From assembly GCA_964460215.1 (NCBI GenBank), contig CAYWQM010000015.1:1-63032 (forward strand): a DNA stretch of 63,032 bases, in the 5' to 3' direction. The stretch is from an uncultured Lentisphaerales bacterium (GTDB taxonomy: Bacteria; Verrucomicrobiota; Lentisphaeria; JABSQK01; CAJWLW01). The notes beneath the pieces were generated by a model. The model did not search any database. It was given only the letters and a program-made list of their open reading frames with translations, and was not told where the DNA came from. Made by a program: the position numbers and the translations under genes. Shown in pieces: positions 49,264 through 59,258 of the stretch. Each line of letters begins with the position of its first letter. The stretch's first letter is position 1.

Positions 49264-51600
49264 ATGGCAAATGACAACATCAGTCCGATGCCGACACAGC
49301 TTGCGTGGCGGCTTAGTCTGTTCCTCCTGGTCCTGACGCTGGTCGCCTACCTGCCGGCGCTGCGTTGCACCTACATCTGGGACGACGACGACTACGTCAC
49401 CGAGAATGCGACGCTGCCGACTGTCGATGGCCTGCGACGGATTTGGCTGGAGCCCGGCGCTGTGCCACAGTATTATCCCCTCGTGCACACGTCCTTCTGG
49501 ATCGAGTACCGGATATGGAAACTGCACCCGTTCGGCTTTCACCTGGTCAATGTGCTTCTTCACGCCATCACGGCCATGTTCCTGTGGCGATTGCTGCGTC
49601 GATTGTCGGTGCCCGGGGCGTGGCTGATTGCGGCCATTTTCGCGGTACATCCAGTGACCGTCGAGTCGGTCGCGTGGGTTACCGAACGGAAGAACGTGCT
49701 TTGTGCAGTCTTCTATTTCGCCAGCCTCCTGGTCTACTGGCGATTTGCCACCGGTGCCGAGCAGCGCGGACGCGGGCGGCTGTACGCCCTGGCGTTGGGA
49801 CTGTTTGTTGCAGGCCTGCTCAGCAAGACCGTGGCTTGTTCGATGCCGGCCGTCGTGCTTGTCCTGATGTGGTGGCGGCATCCGGAAAAGCTTCGACGCC
49901 AGGCCGTGTTGCTGCTGCCGTTTTTTATCGTTGGTCTCGGGATGGCCGTGATGACGGTGTGGATGGAAAGGCATGTTGTCGGTGCTGTCGGCGCCGAATT
50001 CGACTTGTCGATGGTGGACCGTTGCGGAATCGCCGGGCGGGCGCTGTGGTTCTATGCCGGAAAGGTTTTGCTGCCGTATCCGCTGATTTTCGTTTATCCG
50101 CGATGGACGACTGATCCGCTGCCGGTGTCGGCTATTTTCTCGGCGATCGCGGCGGTGACGGTGCTGGTTGGACTTTTCTGCGGATGCCGCCGCTGGGGAC
50201 GCGGCCCCCTGGCCGGGGCGCTGATTTTTGCGGGGGTACTTTTGCCGGCGCTCGGATTCATCGATGTGTATCCGATGCGATATGCTTTCGTTGCCGATCA
50301 TTTTCAGTACCTGGCGATGCCGGCGATGATTGCCATGATTGTCGTTGCGTTGATTAGCATCCTACAGCGTTATGGTGTCGGCGCTGTCGTGAATGCGGAC
50401 AGTACTCGTCGAATCCGGCTGATTTGCGCCTTAGTGCTGCTCGTACTTGTTGCAGCGACCTGGAACCGATGCCTGGCGTTTTACGATGCCGAGACGCTGT
50501 GGCGCGATACGCTGAAAAAGAACGACTCTGCCTGGATCGCCCACAATAATCTGGGCAAGGTTCTGCTTGACCGTGGTGAGCCGGTGTCGGCGATCGACCA
50601 TTTCAAACGCGTTGTCGAGCTCAAGCCGGATCACGGCAATGGCTGGAATAACCTTGGTCTGGCCTATACGCGGCTCGGGCAGTACGAGGCTGCCGAACTT
50701 GCCCTGGATGAGGCCAGGATGTTGCGTCCACGTGACGAGACGATCCTGGTCAATTATGCGACACTCCTGGTTCGGCAGGAACGTTTTGACGAAGCCGGCG
50801 ATATTTATCTTCAGGTGATTGACTATTATCCGGACTCTCTACCGGCCTACATGAACCTGGGGAACATGCTGGCGGGCCTGCAGAAGCATGGTGCTGCCGA
50901 ACGCGTTTATGCGAAAGCACGGGAGTTGCAGCCGGATAACCCCGTATTGCTTTACAACCTGGGTAACCTGGCCCGCGATCGTGAGGACCTGACGCTGGCG
51001 CTTGAGTATTATCAAGGAGCCGTAACGGTAGCTCCCGATTATATCGATGCGCTCAGCAATATCGACATACTTCGCCGCCGCCAAGCGGTTGCTCTGGCGC
51101 ACAACGATGCCGGCGAGAACCTGGCACAACTCGGTCAACACGAAGCGGCTTTGGCTGCCTACGCCGAGTCGTTGCAACATTGGGCCACGTATCCGTCGGC
51201 CCAGCTTAACACGGTCGACTCCCAGGCGGCGCTGGGGCGTTTTGCCGAGGCGGTGACGATGTGTCGTCAGTTACTGATGCTGGATGCTGGGGCGGTGCCG
51301 GCGCAGCGGCGCTTGGCCTGGATTCTGGCCACTGCTCCCGACGAGAATGTCCGGCGTCCGAAGGAAGCGGTGGCGTTGGCATCGGCAGCTGTATCCGCAA
51401 CCGCGGGTGAGGTGCCGGAGTTGCTCGATATTTTGGCTGCGGCGCAGGCCGCGTCGGGGAACTTTCGGGAGGCGCTCGATCAAGTCGGCACGGCTATAGA
51501 ACTGGCGGTGGCGCAGGAGCGGAATGATCTGCTGGCAGCCTTGGGGAAGCGCCGGGACCTCTATGAACAGGGCCGACCGTATCTCGAGCCGAAGCACTGA
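49264..51600 (+). CDS. TMTC-like GT-C glycosyltransferase (protein O-mannosyltransferase-type) with C-terminal TPR repeats
   Basis: YIWDDDDYVTEN, YYPL, HLVNVLLH, HPVTVESVAWVTERK, LSK, ADHFQY; many TPRs; LAWILAT end motif. Confidence 0.88.
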   Translation: MANDNISPMPTQLAWRLSLFLLVLTLVAYLPALRCTYIWDDDDYVTENATLPTVDGLRRIWLEPGAVPQYYPLVHTSFWIEYRIWKLHPFGFHLVNVLLHAITAMFLWRLLRRLSVPGAWLIAAIFAVHPVTVESVAWVTERKNVLCAVFYFASLLVYWRFATGAEQRGRGRLYALALGLFVAGLLSKTVACSMPAVVLVLMWWRHPEKLRRQAVLLLPFFIVGLGMAVMTVWMERHVVGAVGAEFDLSMVDRCGIAGRALWFYAGKVLLPYPLIFVYPRWTTDPLPVSAIFSAIAAVTVLVGLFCGCRRWGRGPLAGALIFAGVLLPALGFIDVYPMRYAFVADHFQYLAMPAMIAMIVVALISILQRYGVGAVVNADSTRRIRLICALVLLVLVAATWNRCLAFYDAETLWRDTLKKNDSAWIAHNNLGKVLLDRGEPVSAIDHFKRVVELKPDHGNGWNNLGLAYTRLGQYEAAELALDEARMLRPRDETILVNYATLLVRQERFDEAGDIYLQVIDYYPDSLPAYMNLGNMLAGLQKHGAAERVYAKARELQPDNPVLLYNLGNLARDREDLTLALEYYQGAVTVAPDYIDALSNIDILRRRQAVALAHNDAGENLAQLGQHEAALAAYAESLQHWATYPSAQLNTVDSQAALGRFAEAVTMCRQLLMLDAGAVPAQRRLAWILATAPDENVRRPKEAVALASAAVSATAGEVPELLDILAAAQAASGNFREALDQVGTAIELAVAQERNDLLAALGKRRDLYEQGRPYLEPKH

Positions 51601-51622
51601 CTTCAGAAACCGTCACAGCGGT

Positions 51623-52297
51623 TCAGAAGTCGAAGTCGAAGCCGTTGTCATCCATGGGCTGTTGCGCCTGTTCATGGAATTCTCCCGCCTGCCAGAGCTC
51701 GACGACGTGCTTGGTTGTTAGCCAATCGCCTTCGAAGAAAACGTAGCCATTATTTCGCAGGGTCTTGCCGATCATTTTTTCGCGTTTTTCAGCCAGGTAA
51801 GCGCGGTATTCGTCACGTTTTCCATAGAACTTTCGGTCGACATACTTTTCCTGGAATTTTTTCGCCTTGTCTTTCTTGAAGGCGGTGAAGGGGAAGTCGT
51901 CGCGGTGGACCTTGATGCTGTCAACACGGATGAAACGGCCGCCGATGTGGGCAATCGTGCCTTTGATAGTGCGGCCGCGCGTCGTGATTTGAACGAGGTC
52001 GCCGACTTCGTAGTAGGGATATAGCTTTTTCGCTTCTTTCTCGACTTGAACAAGAAGGCTGTCGGAAAATTTTTCCTTGACACTTGCCTCGACCTTACGG
52101 TCAATCAAATGTTCGATGCGCATGACCGACAGGTATTCCTGTTTGTCCAGGTGGCGCAAGTCGATCTTGTACTTCTTAAGGATCTCAGGCGGTGGTATAT
52201 CTCCGTCGGCGACAGCGAGGGGGCTTGCTGCCAAAACGGCTAAAATAATGGTGCACGAGAGAAGCAGTCGGGAGGGACCTGGGCACTTTCTCTTCAT
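51623..52297 (-). CDS. Hypothetical secreted basic protein
   Basis: Signal-peptide-like N-terminus, Lys/Glu-rich body, possible KOW/SH3-like segment (YEVGDLVQITTRG). Confidence 0.6.
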   Translation of the reverse strand: MKRKCPGPSRLLLSCTIILAVLAASPLAVADGDIPPPEILKKYKIDLRHLDKQEYLSVMRIEHLIDRKVEASVKEKFSDSLLVQVEKEAKKLYPYYEVGDLVQITTRGRTIKGTIAHIGGRFIRVDSIKVHRDDFPFTAFKKDKAKKFQEKYVDRKFYGKRDEYRAYLAEKREKMIGKTLRNNGYVFFEGDWLTTKHVVELWQAGEFHEQAQQPMDDNGFDFDF

Positions 52298-52513
52298 ATG
52301 AGATGGCTGGGTTGTGAGGTGATTGTCCCGCATTGCGGATACTATAGGGCAGAATGCCCATGCAGCAAAGCAGCAGCTTGGATCTTGCAGCGGACGCAAT
52401 GGCACTCGGTAGGTTGGGGCAGGGGGCGCTGCGCAGGTCAGGGTTTGTAGAACTGGCTTACAGGAGTGAAAAAAAAACTATGCCGCGCTCAGGTGGATTT
52501 TCGGTATGCGGGA

Positions 52514-53635
52514 TCAGTCCGGCAGCTGCCAGCGGGACCACAGCAAAGAACTCCGATAGTCCCCGGGTACTTTCTGGTAGTAGACGGAAAACAGGCTGCC
52601 GTCGCCCATTTCAACGGTCGAGGGATAGCCAAGATCCCAGTCCGGGCCGTCGTCACGAAGGATGATGTCGTGCTCCCAGGTCGCTCCCTCGTCATTGCTG
52701 ATGGCGACACGCTGTCCGAACGGCACCAGGCGATAACCGTAAGTCAAAATCAATGCACCGGATGAATGGCGTAACAGGTGCGGCGGTGAACCAGAAAAAT
52801 TCAGCGGCTTCGAGACCGACCAGTTTTTCCCGCCATCCGTCGATTCCGACTGCATCATGCTGAAAGGCAAAATGCCCGCTTGGCCAAGGTCGCCTTCGAT
52901 TCGTTCCATGCAGATCAGTTTGCCTGAGGGCAGTTCGACAACATGCGGTTCAGTATAGCTGGGGGCTTGTGTTTTTGGATACAGCGGCAGCTCGCCGACG
53001 ATTGTCCAGGTAAGTCCATTGTCGCTGCTGCGGGCGGCGCTTACCGGGCTGTTGTCGAGTTCGTCCCGGTCGATCATGAAACGATTGCCGACGTATACGA
53101 GGTCGCCGTCACGGAGTTTAATCGGACCGTGTGGGGTGTATAGCGGAACACGCACCTTGTCGCTCCATGTTTCCCCGCTGTCAGAGCTGAGCATGATCCA
53201 CGATCCGAGATGCGGCGCAGCGACAGCGTCAGTGAGCGCATCAAGCGTTGGTGTCCAACTGTCCACTTCGGCAGTGCCAACCAGATCAATGAATGCCTCT
53301 TTGATTTCCGGGTCCTCCAGCTGGAGACGATTGTTGACGCTGGCCCAGCTCAAAAGAACATTTCCACCGCCCAGGTCGAGTACGCCGACGTCACGGTCGT
53401 CGAGCGGCGACTCGTGGACGACACGCGGCGGCGACCACGTTTGGCCGTCGTCCTTGCTGGTGTTCAATACGGTCTTGCCATACGGACAGATGTGTTCGGC
53501 GCGCAGTCCGGAGCTGCCGACAAGCATTGTGCCGTTGTCCAGACGTTCGACGGTCGGCCAGCCGAAGTAGCCGAAGTCATCGCCCGGCAGTTGGCAGACG
53601 ATGCCGTGTTCAGCGGATAAATGTTTTGCAGTCAT
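52514..53635 (-). CDS. Sialidase-family (BNR/Asp-box) beta-propeller glycosidase
   Basis: Asp-boxes SKDDGQTW, SSDSGETW, SSDNGLTW, STDGGKNW, SNDEGATW; DLGYP. Confidence 0.88.
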   Translation of the reverse strand: MTAKHLSAEHGIVCQLPGDDFGYFGWPTVERLDNGTMLVGSSGLRAEHICPYGKTVLNTSKDDGQTWSPPRVVHESPLDDRDVGVLDLGGGNVLLSWASVNNRLQLEDPEIKEAFIDLVGTAEVDSWTPTLDALTDAVAAPHLGSWIMLSSDSGETWSDKVRVPLYTPHGPIKLRDGDLVYVGNRFMIDRDELDNSPVSAARSSDNGLTWTIVGELPLYPKTQAPSYTEPHVVELPSGKLICMERIEGDLGQAGILPFSMMQSESTDGGKNWSVSKPLNFSGSPPHLLRHSSGALILTYGYRLVPFGQRVAISNDEGATWEHDIILRDDGPDWDLGYPSTVEMGDGSLFSVYYQKVPGDYRSSLLWSRWQLPD

Positions 53636-53861
53636 GTTCTTCCTTCGATTTTGATGGGAGAGAAAAAACCGTCTTTGGCTCGGTCGCGGGGTTCGGTGAA
53701 TCAGCCCCTGGTGAAATAGGCATAGTATGCGTGAACGCACAGACACTAATAGTGTTGGCTATTACTTTCAAAGCATGGTCGGATTCAGGCGGTCGCGAGT
53801 CGGCGTGCGATTGACTGCCGGTTGTTGTTGCCATGTTGTCTTTAATTTCGGTGTGTGCGTT

Positions 53862-54620
53862 CTACGCTTCTCGGACTGCCTTTGCAACGTCGCCCAGCAA
53901 TCGGTACAACATTGTCGCGGGTTCGCCAGCGCAGATGAAATGGTAGCCTTCCTTGCGTAGTGTGACAGCGTCGCCGATGCGCCACATTGCTTTTCCGGCG
54001 TTGTCAGCGGCAGCCCTGAGCAGGATCATAGCGTCCTTATGCTTCGGATGATCCGGGTCCCAGAGGACGCCGAGCCTGGCGGCAAGGTCGTAAGGGCCGA
54101 CGCCCAGCGCGGTGACGATTTCGTGCTGCGCGATCGCATCGACGTTGTCGAGACCCTTCAGGCTCTCGATCTGCGGAATAATGATCAGGTCATCCTCGAC
54201 TTCCGTCTTCCAGTTGTCGTAGTGAAAGTCGCTCACCCACATGTTGCCGGAGCCGCCTGGCCGTCGATTGCCGCGTGGCGGCATGTAAATTCCCTGCTGC
54301 ACTTCGTCGAGCATCGCGGTATCTTCGATCATCGGCAGCAACAGTCCGCATGGCCCGAGGTCCATAACTGTGCGGATCGAGTTGACATCGGTCTTTTGCG
54401 GCCGGACCAGTATTGGGAAATCAGCCATACGCCCGATTGCACAAATGTCGGCGACCAGCGCGTGGCCGTGGTCCTTGTGTTCCAGGTCGGCGATCAGATA
54501 GTCATAGCCCTGGGCGATCGCGGCCTCCACGAGTTCGACCCACAGGTGAAACGTTGCCAGCAAGCCGATCGTCGGTTCCGTGTTACTGAGTTTCTCCTTG
54601 AGAATTTTTGCTGCCTTCAT
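53862..54620 (-). CDS. HpcH/HpaI aldolase family protein
   Basis: DLEH, LVRP, PRGNR, PQIES, VGPYDL. Confidence 0.9.
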   Translation of the reverse strand: MKAAKILKEKLSNTEPTIGLLATFHLWVELVEAAIAQGYDYLIADLEHKDHGHALVADICAIGRMADFPILVRPQKTDVNSIRTVMDLGPCGLLLPMIEDTAMLDEVQQGIYMPPRGNRRPGGSGNMWVSDFHYDNWKTEVEDDLIIIPQIESLKGLDNVDAIAQHEIVTALGVGPYDLAARLGVLWDPDHPKHKDAMILLRAAADNAGKAMWRIGDAVTLRKEGYHFICAGEPATMLYRLLGDVAKAVREA

Positions 54621-54755
54621 CTAACGATGCCCCATTCGGGTGTGTTTAGAGAATCAATGAAAAGTTGTTATTCTTCCCAAAAGTAAACGAACTACAACAG
54701 TATCGAGCGTTGATTGAATATCCACCGAAACTTGCCATCAAGAGCTTCAGGGACA

Positions 54756-54783
54756 TTGGCACACATGGCATCTGCTGTATAGT
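54756..54783 (+). promoter_or_regulatory. Putative sigma70 promoter of the methyltransferase operon
   Basis: TTGGCA-N16-TATAGT; GGAGG RBS at 54803 before ATG 54812. Confidence 0.5.
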
Positions 54784-54811
54784 AAGGGTTGCGCTTGATA
54801 ACGGAGGTTTC

Positions 54812-55441
54812 ATGTCCCAAACGCTTGATATTGGAAAACGCATCGAACTTGTCTCGATGGATCGTCATTTTCACGACATTTCCTTGGGCTTGTACTGCCT
54901 GGACGGAGCTGATGGTGCCGAATTCCTGGTGCACAGCTACAGCAGGCTTGCGGGAGTCTCTGAGCGTGTTGCGTTCGTTGTCGAGGCGATGAAAACCATG
55001 GGGGGGCTTGTTGCTGCTGAAGAGGGGCGCCTGCGGTTCCCCTGCGGGAGTGAACACAACCGTGGCGTGCGCCGGGTTTTTCTGGACATTTGCAAGCTGG
55101 CTCCCGATGAGCCGCCGGCCGCTCGGGAACTCAATGTTTTTGATCAGAACGCCGATGCGACTGTCACAGTAACTTCAGTCGCCGGCGGTCGTTATACGTT
55201 TGCCGCGGACAAGGATAGTGACAAAGCAGCGATGCGCACCGGCGCTATCGCCAACGGCATTGTCAAGCTTGCCGAGACGATCTTGGATGACGATACCGCG
55301 GTCAGTTTTGAATGCGGTCATTGTCACGATGTTCTGGTTGCCCAGTTATTGCCGCGGGCAAATAATGTGCGTGCTGCGGTGCGCGAGCAGGAGGCAGCAG
55401 CAAACCGTGGCGTTTTGGCGGCACCGAGCCAACAGGAGTAG
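54812..55441 (+). CDS. Hypothetical protein with duplicated F-x-C-G-x2-H module (first gene of the corrinoid operon)
   Basis: RFPCGSEH and SFECGHCH; strong RBS; 5 nt gap to the next gene. Confidence 0.8.
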   Translation: MSQTLDIGKRIELVSMDRHFHDISLGLYCLDGADGAEFLVHSYSRLAGVSERVAFVVEAMKTMGGLVAAEEGRLRFPCGSEHNRGVRRVFLDICKLAPDEPPAARELNVFDQNADATVTVTSVAGGRYTFAADKDSDKAAMRTGAIANGIVKLAETILDDDTAVSFECGHCHDVLVAQLLPRANNVRAAVREQEAAANRGVLAAPSQQE

Positions 55442-55446
55442 GGGAT

Positions 55447-56484
55447 ATGGCAGAAGCAATCAAATCAATGACCAGTCGGCAGCGTGTAATGGCGGCTTTG
55501 AATCGGGAGCCGGTCGATCGCACCCCGGTCTGCAACCCGACGTCGGTGGCTACGGTCGAGCTTATGGACCTGGTGGACGCACCCTTTCCGCAAGCCAATC
55601 GGGAACCCGAGCTGATGGCGCGCCTGGCAGCCACCGGTTATACCGAGCTCGGGTTCGACACGATCATGCCCGTTTTTTCGATCATCCAGGAATCTTCCGC
55701 TATGGGATGCAAGATCCAGTGGGAACAGAAGGACAACTGGCCGACGGTCAAGATGCGTGAGCCCATCTGGGAAACAGCGGACGATATAAAGATTCCGGCT
55801 GACTTGTGCACACATCCCGATACGAAGTGCGTGACCGAGGCGATAAAAATTCTGCGCAAAGAATACGGTGACGAGGTGGCGATCATCGGCAAGACCATGG
55901 GGCCATGGTCGATGGGCTACCATTGTTTCGGTGTCGAGCCGTTCCTGCTCCTCTCCCTCGACGATCCGGGTAAGACCAAACTGTGCCTGGACCGTATGAA
56001 AGAGGCAACCGTCGATTTCGGCATCGCCCAGGCGGAAGCCGGTGCGGATGCCATAACGCTGCCGGATCATGCCACCGGCGACCTGGTCAGCGGCGAGTAC
56101 TATGAACGCTACCTGCGCGACCTGCATATAGAGTTTGCCGAGCGCATTCCGATCCCGATCATCCTGCACATCTGCGGACGTACTGTCGACCGCATGGACT
56201 ATATCGCGCAGACAGGGATGCACGCGTTCCACTACGATTCGAAGAACAAACCGGCGGAGTCCATGGCGATTGTCGGTGATCGCATTTCGCTGGTCGGCAA
56301 CATCAATAATCCGGAGACTCTCTTTTCGAAGGGGCCGGAGGAAGTGAGTGCCGAAGTCATAGAAAACCTCGATGCCGGCGTACAGTTGGTTGGGCCTGAG
56401 TGCGCCATCCCGCTGCAGACCGCTGTCGAAAACCTCAAAGCCATTCCTCGGACCGTACGTGACTGGCATAAGAACGTCGCCTGA
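55447..56484 (+). CDS. MtaA/CmuA-family (uroporphyrinogen decarboxylase fold) Zn methyltransferase
   Basis: MTSRQRVMAAL..VDRTP, GPWS, ILHICG (HxC), LVGNIN, GPECAIP. Confidence 0.92.
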   Translation: MAEAIKSMTSRQRVMAALNREPVDRTPVCNPTSVATVELMDLVDAPFPQANREPELMARLAATGYTELGFDTIMPVFSIIQESSAMGCKIQWEQKDNWPTVKMREPIWETADDIKIPADLCTHPDTKCVTEAIKILRKEYGDEVAIIGKTMGPWSMGYHCFGVEPFLLLSLDDPGKTKLCLDRMKEATVDFGIAQAEAGADAITLPDHATGDLVSGEYYERYLRDLHIEFAERIPIPIILHICGRTVDRMDYIAQTGMHAFHYDSKNKPAESMAIVGDRISLVGNINNPETLFSKGPEEVSAEVIENLDAGVQLVGPECAIPLQTAVENLKAIPRTVRDWHKNVA

Positions 56485-56510
56485 ACAGCGACTCATGAAG
56501 GAGCTTCCGG

Positions 56511-57266
56511 ATGGCCGAGATCGGTGATATTGCCAACGCTTTCATACGCAGCGAGATCGAGGAGTTTATCGAGCGCCCCGAAGAGATCGAGCGCATGGTC
56601 AACATGTTCGCTGCCGCCAGTGAACGGATGCAGGATATCGCGGCGGCGCTGATCGACGGGGACAATACCACCTGCGACGAGCTGACCAAACTGGCTCTGG
56701 ACGATGGGGTCACTGCCCTTGAAGTCATGGACAACGGCTTGATCGCCGGCATGAGCATTGTCGGGATCAAGTTCCGCGAGAACTTTATTTTCGTCCCCGA
56801 AGTTCTGGCCTGCGCCCGTGCCATGAAGGCCGGCATGGCCTACATCGAGCCGATCCTTTCCGCTTCCGGCGTCGAGCCGATCGGCACAGCCGTCATGGGA
56901 ACGGTCAAGGGCGATTTACACGATATCGGCAAGAACCTCTGTATCATGATGCTGCGCGGCGCCGGTTTCATCGTTCACGATCTCGGCGTCGATGTTTCGC
57001 CCGATGATTTCATAGAAGCGATTGAAGAACACTCGGCGCCGTTGCTGGGGATGTCCGCGTTGTTGACGACGACCATGCCTAACATGGGATTGACGATCGA
57101 GGCATTTATCGACGAAGGAATGCGCGACGACCTGAGAATCATGGTCGGCGGTGCACCGGTCACCCAGGAATTTGCCGATGACATGGGGGCCGACGGCTAT
57201 GGCAAGGATGCCATGGCCTGCGTCGAGCTGGCCCGCAGCCTGATGGCTGACATCAAAGCAGGGTAG
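56511..57266 (+). CDS. Corrinoid (B12-binding) protein, MttC/MtaC-like
   Basis: GLIAGM..VG..F, FVPEVL, GTVKGDLHDIGKNL, SALLTTT, MVGGAP. Confidence 0.96.
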   Translation: MAEIGDIANAFIRSEIEEFIERPEEIERMVNMFAAASERMQDIAAALIDGDNTTCDELTKLALDDGVTALEVMDNGLIAGMSIVGIKFRENFIFVPEVLACARAMKAGMAYIEPILSASGVEPIGTAVMGTVKGDLHDIGKNLCIMMLRGAGFIVHDLGVDVSPDDFIEAIEEHSAPLLGMSALLTTTMPNMGLTIEAFIDEGMRDDLRIMVGGAPVTQEFADDMGADGYGKDAMACVELARSLMADIKAG

Positions 57267-57270
57267 GTTC

Positions 57271-57537
57271 ATGGTTATGGAAAAGATTGATCCTGAAGAG
57301 TACCAGAAACGGCTTGACCGGATAACGGAAATCTTCAGCGGTATTGTCGAACAGTCTGATGTGCAGTCCACTCGCCGTTGTCCGTACCGTGACCGGCTGG
57401 ACCGATGCACCGCGAAGTTCGGCTGCCAGAACCAGCGCAAGCCGCTCGAGAAAGGCGGCCTGCGTCAATGTGGCGGCGACGACAAGATCGACTATCGCAG
57501 TGCCTGGGAGACCGATGCGCCGGAAGAGGCGGAGTAG
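57271..57537 (+). CDS. Small four-cysteine hypothetical protein
   Basis: RCPYRDRLDRCTAKFGCQNQR...QCGGDDK; tightly packed in the operon. Confidence 0.75.
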   Translation: MVMEKIDPEEYQKRLDRITEIFSGIVEQSDVQSTRRCPYRDRLDRCTAKFGCQNQRKPLEKGGLRQCGGDDKIDYRSAWETDAPEEAE

Positions 57538-57614
57538 ATCCGGTCTGTTTTTTGAAGTTCAACAAGTCCCGAGTGTCGTATGGCACTCGGGATTTTGCTT
57601 TATCTGAGCGAAAT

Positions 57615-59246
57615 ATGGCAAAGGCGACATACAACAAAGCTACCTGTGATGTGATGCCTGGGAAGACTGTTTTCGATCATGCCGACGCACTCGATCTCGC
57701 ATTGCCTACCACGTGCGGTCGCCAGGGGCAGTGCCACGAATGTATCGTCGAGGTGGAAGAAGGCATGGACTGCCTAAACAAGCGGACCGGCAGCGAGGAT
57801 TTTCTCAAGGAAAACTACCGGCTCGCCTGTCAGGCCGTCGTCACCGATGAGACCTCGGACCTCAAGATTGCGCCGTTGCATCAGAGCCCGAGGATCCTCA
57901 GTGCCAGCCGCGAAAAAGCTTCCGAGTTCGACCCCATCGTCACCCGCATCGGCGATGTCGTCTACTACGACGGCGAGGAGATCGACACCTACCGCGGTCA
58001 CATGTACGGCCTTGCCATGGACCTGGGCACAACAACTGTCGTTATGGCGCTGATGGATCTTGAGACCGGCAGGGCGGTGACTGTCAGCTCTTTCGAGAAT
58101 CCCCAGAAGTTCGGCGGCAGCGATGTGATGCATCGCATTTCCTACGACCGCGATTTCCGTGGCAAGCTGCAGCGAGTGATTGTTCAGACGATTAACCACG
58201 AAATCAGGGAAATGGGGCGGCGCCTCGGGTTTAAGCGTCAGGAAATCTATGAGATCGTTGTTGTCGGCAACTCGACGATGCGTGACATGTTGTTTAAGTA
58301 CGATGTGCAGCCTATCGGGCAGCGGCCTTATCGATCGACAACCGAAGTCGACGTTCTCGAGGGGCGGCGCCAGACCACTGCGGTCACTGAGAAGGCGAGG
58401 GCACTCGGTTTGATGACAAATCCGAAGGCACTGATCTACGGTCTGCCGCTGGCCTCCGGTCACGTTGGTGCCGACGTCGCTGCCGACCTTTTGGCGATCG
58501 ACGTCGAGGCCCGTGAGGAATGCTTCATGCTGATCGACGTCGGAACCAATACCGAGGTTGTGATCGGCTATCAGGGGCGTATGATGTGCGCCTCCTGCCC
58601 GGCAGGGCCGGCCTTTGAAGGCGGACTCGTAAAGTATGGCATGCGCGGCGGCGACGGCGCCATCGAGTCAATACACTGGGCGGATGATCAATGGGCTTAC
58701 AATACCATTGGCGATGTGCCGCCCATGGGGCTCTGCGGTTCCGGGCTGATCGATCTGCTGGCGGATTTGCGTTGCCGTGATGTGATGACTCCCAAAGGGG
58801 TTTTTCAGGACAAGCAGTATGAGCTGCCGATCGTCCCGGACCATGGCATTACCCTGTCCCGAGAAGATGCCAGTAACCTCGCCCAAGCGAAGGCAGCAAG
58901 CTATTGCGGACAGTACATTGTCATGCGGACATTCGGGGTTGGTCCGGGCGATATCGACAAACTGTATCTGGCGGGCGGCTTTGCGAATTATCTTGATGTT
59001 GCCAACGCCGTGGCGATTGGTTTCCTGGCGCCAGTGCCTGAAGAGCGCGTTGTGAAAATCGGCAATGCTGCTGTCCACGGGGCTATGGAAGCGATGATGT
59101 CAAAGCGCAAACGGCAGGTGATCGATGAATGCCTGCGCAAAATAGAACATATCGAACTGGAGACTACGCCCGACTTTTTCGAAGTTTTCGTCGAGGCTTG
59201 CCAGTTCAAACCAATGCCGGCGGAGCTCGTCGTCAATCCGGGCTGA
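57615..59246 (+). CDS. ASKHA-domain reductive activator of corrinoid proteins (RACo-type) with N-terminal 2Fe-2S domain
   Basis: CGRQGQCHEC...RLAC; DLGTT, DVGTNTE, GPAFEG, GLCGSG, LAGGF. Confidence 0.93.
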   Translation: MAKATYNKATCDVMPGKTVFDHADALDLALPTTCGRQGQCHECIVEVEEGMDCLNKRTGSEDFLKENYRLACQAVVTDETSDLKIAPLHQSPRILSASREKASEFDPIVTRIGDVVYYDGEEIDTYRGHMYGLAMDLGTTTVVMALMDLETGRAVTVSSFENPQKFGGSDVMHRISYDRDFRGKLQRVIVQTINHEIREMGRRLGFKRQEIYEIVVVGNSTMRDMLFKYDVQPIGQRPYRSTTEVDVLEGRRQTTAVTEKARALGLMTNPKALIYGLPLASGHVGADVAADLLAIDVEAREECFMLIDVGTNTEVVIGYQGRMMCASCPAGPAFEGGLVKYGMRGGDGAIESIHWADDQWAYNTIGDVPPMGLCGSGLIDLLADLRCRDVMTPKGVFQDKQYELPIVPDHGITLSREDASNLAQAKAASYCGQYIVMRTFGVGPGDIDKLYLAGGFANYLDVANAVAIGFLAPVPEERVVKIGNAAVHGAMEAMMSKRKRQVIDECLRKIEHIELETTPDFFEVFVEACQFKPMPAELVVNPG

Positions 59247-59258
59247 TCGGAGTCTGTC

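Noticed and set aside
54620-54811. Cobalamin riboswitch ahead of the corrinoid operon
   Set aside because: No B12-box or GGGAA core motifs recognised, and the predicted leader is only about 20 nt.
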